DNA of 64,000 nt from positions 1 through 64,000 of the forward strand of contig DF237450.1 in assembly GCA_000708835.1 (NCBI GenBank). The letters run 5' to 3'. This document shows positions 34,197 through 48,000 of the stretch, piece by piece (position 1 is the stretch's first letter; each line of letters begins with the position of its first letter). Made by a program: the position numbers and the translations under genes. This DNA is from Klebsormidium nitens (Eukaryota; Plantae; Klebsormidiophyceae). The notes under the pieces were generated by a model. That model was not told where the DNA came from. It ran no database searches and saw nothing but the letters and a program-made list of their open reading frames with translations.

Positions 34197-35191
34197 GGCC
34201 AGGTCAACAGCTGATCCCGAGAAGTTAGGGTTTGGCAATTGGTGTCAATGCAGCTGGCGCCTCATCGTAGGAGAGTCATTTGAGATTGCCTTTGGTTTAC
34301 CACTCTGCATGTGGTGGTAAATTCTCTTGATTGCCTACAGATGCTAAAGGAAGCTGAGCGTTTGTTGAGTGGCAGCATTGAACATCAGATCTCTAGGCCT
34401 CTCAAACCTCGAAATAACTGCTCGACAACCAGACCTCCACCTTTTGCATCATTGCTAGGGCCAGCATCCAGCCTTCACAGCTTGCACAAGCTCAGCCAAG
34501 GCCAAGGCAGTCCATCAACAAGGCTGGCAAAATAGCGGTCCTACATGTAACAATAGCAGACAATTGTCAGTACGAGAAGTTCCTCAATTCCGAGCCCCTA
34601 CTTCGGCCATTTCTGACTGCTTGGCTGCTTTGATTGGATCCAAGTCTTGACATTGGCGGCAACAGGAGCGCCACACAGATCCACAGCCATCCTTCCTGCA
34701 TTGATTGAAAATCCTGTCTCATTGCCCCCAACTTCCAAGGCCCTACTACGGTACTACTAGTATGAGCTGATCCGAGTGATCGCACTGCATCCGAGTGAGC
34801 GCCACCTTCAGCAGATTGGTGCAACTGTACCACTGTGCTAGAGCAGGTAGGTACCGATGCAGGCCCCTGCACTTGAGCACCGTCGGATAGTAGGTTGCAC
34901 GGGGGATCGTCTTAATCTGACGGCTACAAAGACGCTCGCGCACACACTGCTCTATATGGTACCATACCGGATCAGAGTACTACTCAGAGCACTGAATCGA
35001 TGTAGGCTAGGGTTCTGAAAAGTCAGAAGTTGAAAGCGGAAGTGGGTCAAGCTCTGCAGTAGGATAACCTTATAATTGGAAGGCGCAAGGAAGAACGCTA
35101 ATTGGGCGGGGGTGCGTCCTTGGATCAGTGCTCCTAGCGACATCTTTAGCAAGGGACGCCGCTTGCAGGGTTCTTAAAGCCAGCCCAAACC
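34197..35191. promoter_or_regulatory. Putative divergent promoter region between the coiled-coil gene and clathrin light chain
   Basis: Head-to-head genes about 1 kb apart; telo-box-like ttagggttt near 34226. Inferred from geometry. Confidence 0.4.
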
Positions 35192-37202
35192 ATGGCTGAC
35201 CACGGATTTGATGGATACGACGACCCGGCCCCGGCGCAGGGCTATGACCAGCCCCCAGAGTATGAAGCACAGAACGAGGACCACTTCAATGAGCCTCTTG
35301 ACCATGCAGAGAATGATTTTGGGGCAGCCCCGCATCACAGCAATGGACCCATCATGGATGACGCGTTTGAGCCTATGGCTAACGGCAACCCTCTACCTCC
35401 ACCTGAGGATCTCCCCCCAGAGGAGTCCATGGTGCTTCGGTGCGGTTGCATTCCTTTTTGTTGACTTGATTGCTTATGAAATGGGAACATTGCGTCTTTC
35501 TTTTGATCCCAGCTGGGATCTGTGGCTCCAGAGAAGGCTGGAGCAGTCTTATCAGATTGGATGATTCAAATTGAGATAAGAATCTGAAGGCAGATTTTTT
35601 TGTCAAGTGTAATCCCACTCGTATTCTTCATTCCAATTGCTTCAGAAGATCTTTGTCGCAGTCCAGGGCATTGTGATTCATACCTGCATGATATTCTATT
35701 CGGCGGACACAAGACATGACACAAGGGTTCTAAGTCAAGGCGCTCCTGCTTGCTGCTCTCATAAGTGCCGTATCATCCTTGGTCGTAGGATCTGCTGAAA
35801 CTAGTATGATGTACTTGCAGGGAGTGGCGCCGTAAGCGAGCTGCAGAGCTCGAAGAGAAGACCAGAACCTCACAGGAGAAGCATGCGCAGGTATGGGCTA
35901 GCAATGCACTGGAAAATGTTTTTCTCGGCTTATGGATCCCTCTGGATTGATCTGAATCTTCTGAATGCAGATCGCGCACGAGGTCTGAATTCGAGTAATT
36001 AGGGTTTGCAATTGATCGGGTAGTCTTGCGACCAATCAGTTTCTGCGTCATTGAGCATCAAGCGGATGCCCTGGGTCACTTGGTTGCATTGAATTGCCGG
36101 ATCCGATGAGTTACTAATGCTGTGCAGATTCTGGATCATGCTGCTGAAGACAGAGAGCGTTTCTATGACCAGCGCGAGAAGCAGGTGGCCACTTCAAAGA
36201 CCACCAACAAGTGAGCACAGTGCTCTTCCAAGGTTGTTTGCACCCATTGCTGAGCTGGGTTGGTAGAGCTGGTCAATTAAATAAAACAAATGCAGTGGAG
36301 TAATTGAGGTCTCGTGTTGGATCAGGACATCTCTTCAGGCCCTCTGAGGCTTGTTGAATCTCCTTGATCAAGTACAAGCATTTTGATTGGTTGTAGACAC
36401 ATTCTGCTTTATAGACACTCTTGGTCGCTCACTCTTTGCTTCCTCTGTCATCAGTTGTGTGTGAGCTCTTCACTGACTCCAATCTATGGCACAGTTCATG
36501 TGTCTGCTAAACGAAAAGGAAGTTCTCTGTTCTGGGGCGCTCGCAGAACTTTGTACAACTGTTCGGCTTCAATGTCTGCTTACTCGCTCCGCTAAGTTGT
36601 CTCTGTATCAATGTCTATTCTCTGCAGGGAAAAGGAGAAGGTGCTTCTTGCCAACCTGGACTCGCTGATGGCCAAGGCTGGGGAGAACTACTGGGAGGCA
36701 GTCACGGGTTTCATCAACTTTGACACCCAGCAGGACAAGAAGGGCGCAGGCAAGGGGAAGAGCGCCACTCCTCGCCAGTCCATCGTCCCGGAGGTGAAGG
36801 CAGGGCGTCAGACTGATCTGGCACGCTTTCGTCAGGTGAGCTCCTTGCACAAGAACCTGGCTGCAGGTCCATTCAGAGGCTGCTTCTGGCAACAGCTCTT
36901 TGCAGGATTTCATTACTACACACCACAAGTAACTGCTCCTTCGCACAACCGAGGGAGAGCTGAGCTCGGATGTGCTGAGGCCAGGTCCTGAACCAGATTA
37001 TTGTGGTTGGAATGCAATGGCTCTGCAATGTCTCTCCCTGGTTGCCAGAGGGAGCCCCTTTGGCCTCTGCATGGGCTTCATCAGTGAGCTCTGAAAACAC
37101 GATCCATCGATGCTGCCGTGCCGTAACTTATATTTCTGTATGCAGATCCTCCTCAAGTTGAAGCACACGCCCCCCATCCGTCACTCGGTTGCTGCAGCTT
37201 GA
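35192..37202 (+). CDS. CLC: Clathrin light chain, plant type (5 exons, 221 aa)
   Basis: Exons 35192-35439, 35821-35890, 36128-36210, 36628-36835, 37146-37202; phases join (666 nt). Acidic N-terminus, LPPPEDLPPEE..LREWRR, NYWEAV, TDLARFRQILLKLKHTPP. Confidence 0.92.
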
Positions 37203-38207
37203 TCAGCAAGCGGCGATGGAAGCTTCCACCACTGTATTGAGGAAAAGGGATTCGAAGACATTGTATGGTTTCCTTGCGGTAGCACGTTAGCCGTGACGTC
37301 TCCCCTCGTTGGAGCAGGAGAATGACCCCCAATTGTTGCACACCTCTTTTGAACCCTCCCCTTTGCAGGCTTCGAAGTGCATTCTAAATGTGAATGTTTG
37401 TGCACATGCCTAACCTGATATCCAACCCTGCGGTGTCAAACCTGCAAGTACGATGTACAAGCTTCGTGACAGGGCTCAGCTATACTCCAATACTGATTTG
37501 CCCGGCCCTGCTTGTAATGGTCAGTGGAACCATCAGATGCCATCGCAATCTGACAGCTAAGGAGCTGCATCAGATGACAATGCTTTTTTGCGTATGCAAG
37601 GATGACTTGGTAACCAAAACGCCCCTGTTCTGATGCCATCTTGCGGCCAGCTACCGGATGCCTGGCTGAGATCGTATAGTTGAAAGAACACCGTCAGAAA
37701 TTTTTTACTATATGCATGCGCCTGGAAGTCAAGGTGCGCGTCGTGCACTGATCATTGCATGTCAAAGGCCTGAACTTTAAGTGAATGTCATTTAAATAGC
37801 ATGCATTCGGACACCATCACACATGCCAGTGCACATGCCGTGCGGTACACGAACACCTAAGCATCGAAAACTTGACGAATTCCTCTCCTTGACACCATGG
37901 TGCATCGATTGCATACGTTCTTTTGATCATTCGTCACCGAGTCCCATTCATGCACTGTCCATGCTACTTGTACTTCTGCAAAGCTGCGGTGACATTTGAC
38001 AGCCTGCGAGAGCGGACGGTTTAAGAATGTAATGATCAGTACTGGTTAGTGCATCACCCACCGCGCATTCAGCTGTGCATAAGCTGTAATCACTTAGCGC
38101 GGGCCGGATGATGGATGAGCAGGCCAGTTTCCGGATGTGTACCTTAAACAATTTCCCTCAATGGTCAACCGTACCTTTACCTCGAGATCCAACTTGATAG
38201 ACAACCC

Positions 38208-41200
38208 CTACCTCTTCTTGCCTTTCCTTTTGGCAATCTTTTTGCTACTCCGCATCTCATTCACCTTCTTTTTCCCAACGTCGTCATCAAAGCTGAGAAT
38301 CTCAGCAATTGAAAGCTCCCGACCTCTGTACTTTTCTGGAAGCTCGACCTTACTTCGACTCGTGGACGCGCCTGCAAAGACACCAACTTTTTGATACCAA
38401 CTTCTTGAGACATTGCAATCGCACTGGAACAGAGGTTGATGAGCGTCGGGTTTAGAGGTGGAACGCTTGAATTGCTTCTGAATTGCTTCTGAACCCTGAA
38501 GCGGAGACATTTCCATCAACAAAGAATGAACGACAGAATGAGCACGAGGAGTATACTACTAAAAAAAAGAAGTCGTGCCCTTGGCATAAGTGTCTTCTTT
38601 CGTCTGAAGCTCGACCCGACCTCAGGCGGAGATTTGAGGTGCTGCTGACGTGCAAACGCAATGCAAAAAGGCATCCACCCCAATCATAGTGCGGAAGCAT
38701 GATTAGGGACTACAGTCTCCAGCGTCCCCAAAGTTAAGCTGATGTGAAGCCCAAGGTTATTACTAACCAGCGGTAGTAGGACGAGCCATGCAACGACGTC
38801 AAAACAAACTGTCCGCCATCACAGCGCACAGCAAAAGCGAGGCAGTAATGTGCACGAGCCGCACGCTTTGAATGACTCCGCTTAGACGTATTGCAGGTTC
38901 GGCCAACGGCAAAAGTAGGAAAGGTAGATTACTGAGACAATACTTCTCCAGAGATTTGCTTCGCAAAAGATGGTTACAATCATCACCCACCGGGTTGCAA
39001 CCCGTTCAAAGCGTTCCAGAATCTTTTGGCAGATCATCCACTCACAAGCAGAATGACTCTTCTAACAGCGCGCTCCCCAACAAAGAGACGCATGCACAAA
39101 CGACATTACCCGAGTCATCGTCGTCCTTCCTCACGCCAAACGCCCAGATATTCCGACCCCTCCACACGCAAGCAGACAGTTCTCGACTAACAGAAAGAAA
39201 GACACCATAAGCGTACCCCCTCATGCAAAAGCCAAAGGGGATTCCGTACTCTACTTCGTATGGAATTCGTACGAAACCCATACACAACCTTCAGTCCCAC
39301 TCACCCCAGTCATCGTCGTCTTTCCCCACGCCAAACGCCCCGGTGTCTTCATCGTCCCAGTTCTCCTCTGGACTCGTCTCCCAATCGTCGGTTTCGTCCC
39401 AGTCATCCCCTTCCGCAGTTTCCGCATCCTCCCCTTCTTCCGCGCCCCCGTCCACCGATCGCACCGCAAACTCTTCTTCGTCGTCGTAATCGTCGGGGAT
39501 CTCGTAGTTGGGCGTTTTGAGGCCCTTCTCGAGCGCCTCGCGCTCTTTTCTCAGGCTGTCCAGAATGGCTAGAACCTGGGAAGAAGAGAATGAACCAGCT
39601 GTGATTTGGGGTAATAAAATTTTGATGATGCATTACAGTACGCAAGTCAGGATTGGATCCACTTCGTGTCTTGTACTCTGCCAAGCGCCTCAAAATTCTA
39701 CCGATTGCCGCTGAATTCCGCTCCGTCCAGAACGGTTGGTCTCTGCTAAGAGCACAGTACTCATTAAGGGGACACGATGTGAGATGCAAGATGCGGGCTC
39801 AAAGGAAACGGCTCTTAGAACCGGATCCAAGCATAGCAGTAGTGCGGTCCCAGACAACACAGCATTTGAGTGGTCACCTAGACAACACAACACGACTGGG
39901 TCGGAGAGCTATTGTACATTTCCTTCCAAATACCTAAAACAACTCCAGCTTCTCAATTCATGAAGGATGTGAAGGACAACACCCGCTGTGAAGGGCCAGA
40001 TGGAGCGAAGGAAGCCTCCGGCATCTTTACAGGCAAAACAATCACCAGAAGTTTACCCCCACCACTAGCGCCCCAATAAACCGTCCACAAAACGGCTGCG
40101 ATGGGCCACCGGCTTCTTGGGGCCAGACTCTAGGAACTAGATACGAGTCTCAAACGCCCACCTCTGTGCCCCGCTCGAGCGCCTCGTCTGAGATGAACCG
40201 GATGTCTGGCGTAAGGCGCAGCGACATCCGTTTTGCGATCCCTGAGCGCACGTACCGCTGCTTTTCTACCAGGCCCTTCAACGCGCGGTCAATTCCGTCC
40301 TTGTCCCCATAGACAGAAACGTATACCTTGGCTACCTGCAGATTATGTAACGAAATTGTGTGGATACCGAGAACAAATACTGAAAGTGTGGAGTACTGAA
40401 AAGCTTTCGGAACTCCAACCAGGGTAGTTCGATTGACGTTCTTTCGATTGACAACAAGCAAGAACAAATGGGGTAAGTGCTTTGGCGCCTTATAAAAATT
40501 CCAGGACGCTGATAGTGCTTCCAAGGTGTTGGAGAGACGGATGAGTCTGTCCACAGAATGCTGAGCACCGGAAAGAGGGAGTGAAAAGGGGATACAAAAA
40601 TAAATCATCAATTTCCAGCCTGCCTCCCCAGGCCAGCGCCTGAACGACTTTCCGGTGTCACACAGAAAAAGCCCCTCTGAAGACACCTCCAATTGATTGA
40701 CAAAAGCGGCTACGAGACCCAATTACTAGACTTCTCCACCTGGAGTCCCCACACCAAAATAAAAGTTCAATACGCGCTTTGTCCGGCATCATGACACCGC
40801 CAGGTTGGGGTGCTGGAACAGAGGACTGCAAAAGGCCCTCGATGGTAACGGTGCCATCGAGCAACTGATACAATCAATGAGCTGACTTATCTTTTGGAAG
40901 AAGAAGACAACTACACCACCCTCGTAGCGGACTATGCAGTGCAATTGCTCCAGCCAGACTCCACTTTGGTCGCTACACAATTGGTTTGAATAACTTCACC
41001 ACCTTCCATCAGCGACAGCTCTCCTGGTCGTCTACCTACTGGCAGGTTACTCAAGTGAAATTCTTCAAGTGCTTTATGAATTTGTCCAAATCCTTCAAAA
41101 GCACTGTCAGCCACAAAGATTGTAACATAGGATACACACCTGAAGGTCGTTAGACAACATAACATCAGTGACCGACGCCACTGACGACACCGAGAGGTCC

Positions 41201-41586
41201 ACCCCGAGCGCTCTCTCCGGCATCATCGCCTCCTGTAGAATGGAGTCTTTGAGCAGCATGTCAGATATCTCCCGCTTGAGCTGTTGCGCCACCATCTTAA
41301 CCCGCCTCGGGTTTGCCATGCACACCACCCCTGTTCTTCCACTCCTCACCAGGGGGGGTTTACCACTAACCATCGGGGTTTCTTCTAGGCCGCTCAGGGA
41401 GCATCCCAGCCCATGGCTAAACCCTGTGAGAGCGGCTGCGGTGCGACAACTATGAGGTCGTCGGGGGTGTGTCCTTGTTATGGGGTAGGACTGGCGGGTT
41501 GCTATGGAAGTGTCGGAGCAAGAGGCTGCAGTTGATATTGTGCTGAACCAAGGAGGTATACGAACGCGGGCCGTCGCAACGTCCAT
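38208..41586 (-). CDS. rbfA: Plastid ribosome-binding factor A (RBF1) with acidic and basic C-terminal extension (4 exons, 351 aa)
   Basis: Exons 41586-41140, 40335-40162, 39575-39305, 38371-38208; phases join (1056 nt). Transit peptide, then MANPRRVKMVAQQLKREISDML...SNDLQVAKVYVSVYGD...YVRSGIAKRMSLRLTPDIRFISDEALERG. The last exon is less certain than the core. Confidence 0.9.
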
Positions 41587-42059
41587 CTTTGCGGGTATAA
41601 TCCCTCACGCTGTGGCTGGTGCAGGATCCAATTCCCGCAGCAAAACCAGACACCAAGTCCAAAAGCAATGCTGTGCGCTCCTGTGCTCCTGTGCTCCTGT
41701 GCCCCTTTGCCCAGCGCCTTCCGGGCCTCCCTAGTACCACTTCTGAAGTGCAACACTCTTCCCTAGCTGATTTTAGGGTTTGTGAGCTTGCTGCGCTCAC
41801 ATGAGTCATGGCTGTCATGCTGTAAGCTGCGCACGTATTCGTCCACCTCTGTACCAGTGTCAGTGCCAATCGTGCAAACGCCTACCTTGGAACTTGACAC
41901 TGCGTAGAAAGAAGGGAAGAGGTGCCCCTGTACCTGGTCCTTGGTTCAACTCGAAGTTGCTTTTGCAATTCTCCTCTCGTCCATTCTTTGGTCCCATTCC
42001 CCGTCTCTCCTGTAGGCTGTACCTTTTACTTCAAAGGTTTCCTTCCCTCCTAGCTCGCC
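41587..42059. promoter_or_regulatory. Bidirectional promoter rbfA/VPE with telo-box (AAACCCTA on the minus strand, about 41774-41781)
   Basis: Start codons 473 bp apart; ttttagggttt at 41771-41781; (ctcctgtg) short repeat at about 41678-41702. Confidence 0.5.
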
Positions 42060-45000
42060 ATGGCTTCTATATCCAGCATTCTGTGCCTCCTGCTACTGCT
42101 TGGGACAGTGGCCTGCTCCACCGCGGTGCGGCTCCCTGACTTTCTGAAGCTGCCGAGCCAGGTCAAGCCAGAGGAGGTCCAGGAGGAGGGGACGCACTGG
42201 GCTCTGCTTATTGCAGGGTCCTCCGGTTATGGGAACTACCGCCATCAGGTATTGGCACGGCAATTTTGCATTTTGGGCTTTTCTTGAACTGGTTTGGAGT
42301 GCTGGCCCAGGGTTGGAGATTGGAAGACCGCATGCTGGAAAGCAGCAACTTCTTTAGCGGGTTTCCTGTTATTACTGCAAAGGCTGATGCAATTGGCAAG
42401 CAATTGCAAGGTTAAACCCCGTACGTCGGAGTTTTTGAAAGTTTGAAGAATTCTGGTGTTCCTGTGGCCAGGTTGTAGCACTTGAGTTAGCAAGTCAATG
42501 GCAGGGCAAAATTGGATACTTGGCCACCGGTTTCTTTCGTACGGTTGAAATTAGAGCGCATCTTCGATTTGTGGCGGTCTCAAGCCGTGTTGAACAGCAT
42601 TACGTGCCTGCCTTTGCCTGGGGCTTCGTGCATGGCCTTTGGCTGGTCATCCCAACAATCACAGAATGCAAGGTTTGAAAGCTTCAAACTCATACGCTTT
42701 GGCATTTCTCTATACTCTGTCCTTTGACAAACTTGCTTGAGCTTGTTGATGTTTTTTAACCTCAAGCTAGCCTTTGGAGGTCTTAATCCTAGCGGATGCC
42801 ACTGCGATCACACTAGCTGCATGACAGCGCAATATCATGGGCATTGGCATTGTTAATGCCAATTGTCTCATCAGGCACAATCTAGTCATTTTCAAGGCAT
42901 TATTTCCATAGCCCCTAGCAGCCCTGGAAAATGCAACTCTTGAATTTCACTCTCCCAGATTTCTCCAGTCAATCTCAGAATTTTCACACAACTTTTGCAG
43001 GCGGATGTGTGCCATGCCTATCAGGTGCTCAAGAGGGGCGGCCTGAAGGACGAGAACATCGTTGTCTTCATGTTCGATGACATTGCACACAACCCGGAGA
43101 ACCCGCGTCCGGGGCAGATTATCAACAGGCCCGACGGTCCAGATGTGTACGAAGGGGTGCCCAAGGTGAGCTCGTTCAACTTGAGCATGCAACTGAAAGG
43201 AGAAAGTACCAAATGATGGGCAGGATATGATGCTAAGCAAGCTTGCTTGTGACTCGAAGTGTGCTTGAACCGCAGAGACAAGTAGGATATGACAGGCGTT
43301 CGGTTGAACTGACTGTGCAACTGGCGGCGGTAGGTTCCAACATTTTGTGAGTCTCTTGGGAAAGATAGTGGCATTCATCAGAAGAAGGTTGCTGGATGTC
43401 GAAGGAAACTTCAGAGAAAAGCCTGTCTGCTGCCAGAAAATGGCAACTGGTGGACCCAGACGTGGGCCCCTTTTGAAAGGCTTGCAAAAAGGGCTCTCTT
43501 CCTGTATGGTGCACAGCCGTGCATGGCAGGATCTTATCCAGTGAAAACTCTTCTCATAACCCATGTGGAATCCCAACAATTTGTGCGGAATGTTCGTTGG
43601 ATTAGCAAGACAAGCAAGGCATCACGAGACAGATCATGAAGCGGTGGTCACTTCTTCTGCACTTCTGCACCATCGCAAACTTACAAAACTCCTAAACCCA
43701 CGCTGTCCTTTCTAACCTGTTTAAGGCAAGGCAAGGTGACGCTGGAAGAGCTTGTACTTGATCTCCTTCTCGTCTCCATTGGGGCAGTTGGAAACCTCTC
43801 ATTGCTTGCATAAGCTGAAACCTCTGTGGTGATAATAGTTTGCCCTAATAGAGGCGTCCTTTCAGCTTAAGCAGTAAAAATTTTTCTGCAACGCACGGAT
43901 CAAGACCTGTTGAGTGCGGCAAGAAAGGTCCAACTAGTGACTACTTTGCTTTGTGCATCTCATTGGCTCCAAGTCTCCTCTCAGAGTCGTCCAAGCCTTT
44001 GGGACCAACCATTGTGCTCCCCGGTCAAAGTCGCTGAAAAAGTCTTTTCTCGAATTGGATACCATGCTTTCCATCTCAGTAGAATTGACTTTGTATCCCA
44101 CCCCCATGAGGAAGATGGAAGTAATCTTCAAAAGAGTTTTCACATTTCGCTTACTGGACTACTGGACTTTTTCTGCAGGACTACACTGGGTACGCCGTGA
44201 ATGCGCACAATTTCCTGGCTGTGCTTGCGGGGAACAAGACGGCGGTGAATGGCGGCAGCGGCAAAGTGATCGACAGCGGGCCCAATGACCGGGTGTTCGT
44301 CTATTACTCCGATCATGGAGGTCCAGGAGTTCTTGGTGAGTTTTTCAAGGATGAAACTCAACTCCTGGAAGTAGCAGTTGACCACGTTTAGTAGAAGGAC
44401 CTTCCAAGGACTTCTAGGCCATTTTTTTGGGTGCAGATTGTGGGGGTTGGGGGGGTTCTTCCGAGGGATAAAAGCTGCGGCTGAAAGTTCCGGGCAAATC
44501 TCAAGGCAAATCTTTGGAAATACTTTCAAAGTTGCACCAAACGCTCGCGTTTCCTGCAACGGAGTGTGCCTCTTCGCCCACGTGCGAAAAGCGCTCTCTG
44601 CAGGTACCTAAAACTCTCTTGCCTTTGCTTCGACAACTGATTCTCGGAGTTTCAAGTAAATCGTCATAAACTTGGATCATAACCTGCTTGGCCCAGGCAT
44701 GCCAACCCTCCCCTTTCTGTATGCCAACGATAGTTCATCACGCTCTTTAAGGCCTCCCCGCTTGCTAATGTCCTCTGAAAAGTGTGCCAATCTATCGTTT
44801 CCCGGTGGTTCTCTTCAGCTTTCGTTCCACCCTCTTGTATCTGTACGCCAACGATAGCGGTTGTAAGGCATCACCGGCTGCTAACCATCTCTGACAGAGT
44901 CTGCCAAATATGTGTGTGTTTCTGCCACTGATCGAGGCTTATGTTTCTTTTCGCCCCAGGCATGCCCACCCTCCCCTTGAACGCCAACGACCTAGTCGCC

Positions 45001-48000
45001 ACGCTCAAGGGCCGCCGTCGCCGCCAGTCGCGTACACTTGCCTCCTGAAAGCGACTGTTTTATTACCCTGTCAAGTCTTTTATGTTCCTAAAATCGACAC
45101 TCTTTCATTGTCACAGGCATGCCGACCCTCCCCTTCCTGTACGCCAACGACCTGGTCGCCACGCTCAAGGCCGCCGCCGCCGCAGACCGCTTCAAAGAGA
45201 TGGTCGTCTACATCGAGGCATGCGAGAGCGGGAGCGTCTTCGAGGGGCTCCTCCCGGCCAATATCAAGGTGGGTAATCCATCCAGGACTAGGGCGATCGC
45301 CACTGCCTCTCGAAATAAAAAACAATCGTTTATTGTTTTTTTTTTTAAACCTCAGAAAACTATTCGTAGAGCAAAGCCGTGGGCGGGTCGGTAGCCACTG
45401 CCGACATTTGTTGCATTGCCTGTCGCAGCAGATCCTAGCATTCGCAGCAGAGTTTCTGGAGGATTTTCATTCTCCGATTTCTGTATCTTCGTATGACTCA
45501 ATTGGTCCCAAAAAGGGTGACCTATAGAAATCAGCTCAATTGGCCCGCAGCGGATCCGTGTGGCTCAGTTGATTGCGTACTAGCATATGGTCCAGGACTT
45601 GACAGATGGCTGGAGTTCTCGTGGTTTTGGTTCTTTGCCACCTGTTCTCTTATTGGCTGTCCAACATCTTGTAAATGGTTTTTATGTAGATTTACGGAAC
45701 CACCGCCGCTAATGCGTGGGAGAGCAGCTGGGGCACCTACTGCCCGGGGATGTCTCCGGCCCCACCGGTGGAGTTCGAGACGTGCCTCGGGGACCTGTAC
45801 AGCGTCGCATGGCTGGAGGACAGCGAGGTGCACAACCTGAACAAGGAGACGCTCGAGGACCAGTACAAGATGGTGAGATTTGACGGGTTTGTGTGGTTTG
45901 GTGAGGTCTGAGGGTCGGTTTTTGAGACTGCGTTGTATGTCAAGCTCTGTATGCTGTGGCTTGGCTAGGGAACAGCGAGGCTGCACAACCTGAACAAGGT
46001 GACGCTCGAGGACCAGTACAAGATGGTGAGATCTCTGGCTCAGATCTCGAGTTTTGGCGTTCTGGGTTTGGGGTCGGTGGGGACGTTTGCCCAATACTGT
46101 GCATGCAATTATTTAGAAATAGTCTTTGGTGGCTGGAGGACAGCGAGGTGCATACCTTCAGCGAGGAGACGCTTGAGGATTATTACAAAATGGTGATTTT
46201 CCTGGGCTTTACGGACTGTTGGATATCGAAGATTGGTATCTTTGTGTTTCGTGTGTGGTTGTGAGGGGTCTGGAGGTTGTCCGAAAGGGTGCATATTATC
46301 GTACGAGATGATGTTTGCTGTGTCTGGCTGGTGATAGAGAGGGTGCACAACCTGAACAAGGATGGTCAAAGAACAGTAGAAGCTGGTGAAAAGCGACGAG
46401 ATCCTTATGTTCTGGTGAGGTCCAAGGTTGGGTCGTTGTGTATCCTGCTTTGAATCTAGCCGGGAGAAGCTTGAGATTTTGCCCAGAATGGTCATAACGA
46501 ACATACGGCTTCTGTCGACTCTGCTATGGCAATGTTTACTTAGTGCGGAATCTGAACGAGATGCTCAAGCTCGATACGAGACGGTATGGGGGTGTCCTCT
46601 GGATTTCCGTTTGTAGACTCGAGGGGCCCCAATTGTCTGGCCGCATTTGCGGCTGCTCAAGCCATCGAAAAATGCATCGCTGGAAAACGGCGAGTGTGCA
46701 CACTTTTCGAAGAGGAGATGCGCGAGGCCCAAAACGAGTTGAATATCTTTTTGAGCTGAGAGACATCTGTCGAGCTTCCTCGTAGACTTTGGGGCTGGCT
46801 GTGGATTGTCGCATCATTTCATGTTTTCCCTTGGCAGCATCATAGGAGGAGAAACAAAGATGGCCAGGATCCCCATCTCCTTACATAGGGAGTGCCGCAT
46901 GGAGAGGACACTGACGCCATCGTTTCACATTTTGCTGCATCGGTTTGATATTTGAAATGCCCACTGGTTTTGCTACATCCGTTTGGACACGTCTGCGATT
47001 GGTGCCTGCCACTCAGCTTGCTTCAGTATACAGGATGCGATTCGTACGTGTGCATCCTTAGGTGTGGTAACGTTTTTATCTTTATCTGTCCCCTTTTGAG
47101 GTCTGCCGAGGCTTTATGCCTCAGGAAAAGCGTCTAGTTTTACACCGCTTGACGCAAGGGGTCAGTGCGATAAGACGTCCGATCATCCATTATACTTTTG
47201 TATTTGGGCGCCCTCTTTACCCCATCCTGACCAACAGACCGAGTCTGACGTATGTTATGCATCTCGTGTTTCTCATCCCTTCCTTTCAACCTAAGCACAG
47301 GTATGGGTCAAAGAGTTGCATTCACTTTGAGCCTCTAGTTTTGTACGCACCTAATGCGTTTGTCGAAACATACAGACGTGTCTTTTTAACAACTTGCATT
47401 GTCCTCACTCAACCTTCGGCAAATCACTTGTATCGTTCTTGCCACGGGCCTCTTTATGCCCTGCATCTGGAGCTTCGTGCTAGGTTCCCTACGTCTAGGT
47501 GTGCATTTAAATATTGTGGCCTATTGCCTTGCCAAATGCTATCTCGTTTATGATTTTTCTCAACTTCTGTGAAGAGACACACTGGTCGGAGGCCCAGGCA
47601 CAGACAGCTTAGTAGTCACTGTTCTAGTATTTCTGCTTTGGCGTTGTTTCAATCCTGGCTGATGGAGGTGTGGGTTTACACAGTCTCAATAGGAGGTCGG
47701 ACATAAGTGCTTCTTATGACGGCTGCCATGGTTCATGCCCCGTCATATCTGCACAATAAACAGGACTGTTCAAGCCATATCGTCTTCCATCTGTCGACCC
47801 TCGGGCTGTGACAGAGACGTCGTGGGACTCTTTAGCTCCATATGTCGAAAGGTGCACCGATGCCCATCTGCCTTCTGGTTTTTATGGGGAGATCAAATAA
47901 AGCAGCAGCAGCAGCAGCTCAAAGCTGACCGTTTTCATCATCAGCGGATTTGTTTGCTCGGCTCGTCGCTTCTTGTGCTGGTTTCTTGTGGGTTCTTCTT

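Noticed and set aside
39290-39305. rbfA ending at WGEWD* without a fourth exon
   Set aside because: A strong G|gtgagt donor, its duplicated echo and a phase-matched acceptor at 38371 with an open terminal exon favour splicing. Retention remains possible as an isoform.
44300-45760. VPE as a butelase-type peptide ligase
   Set aside because: It has Gly at the gatekeeper position (SWGTY) and GP after the catalytic HG (DHGGPG), the protease-type states of the known ligase determinants.
47900-47918. (CAG)6 tract as polyglutamine coding
   Set aside because: Short, intronic, and the plus-strand ORF containing it has no coding hallmarks.
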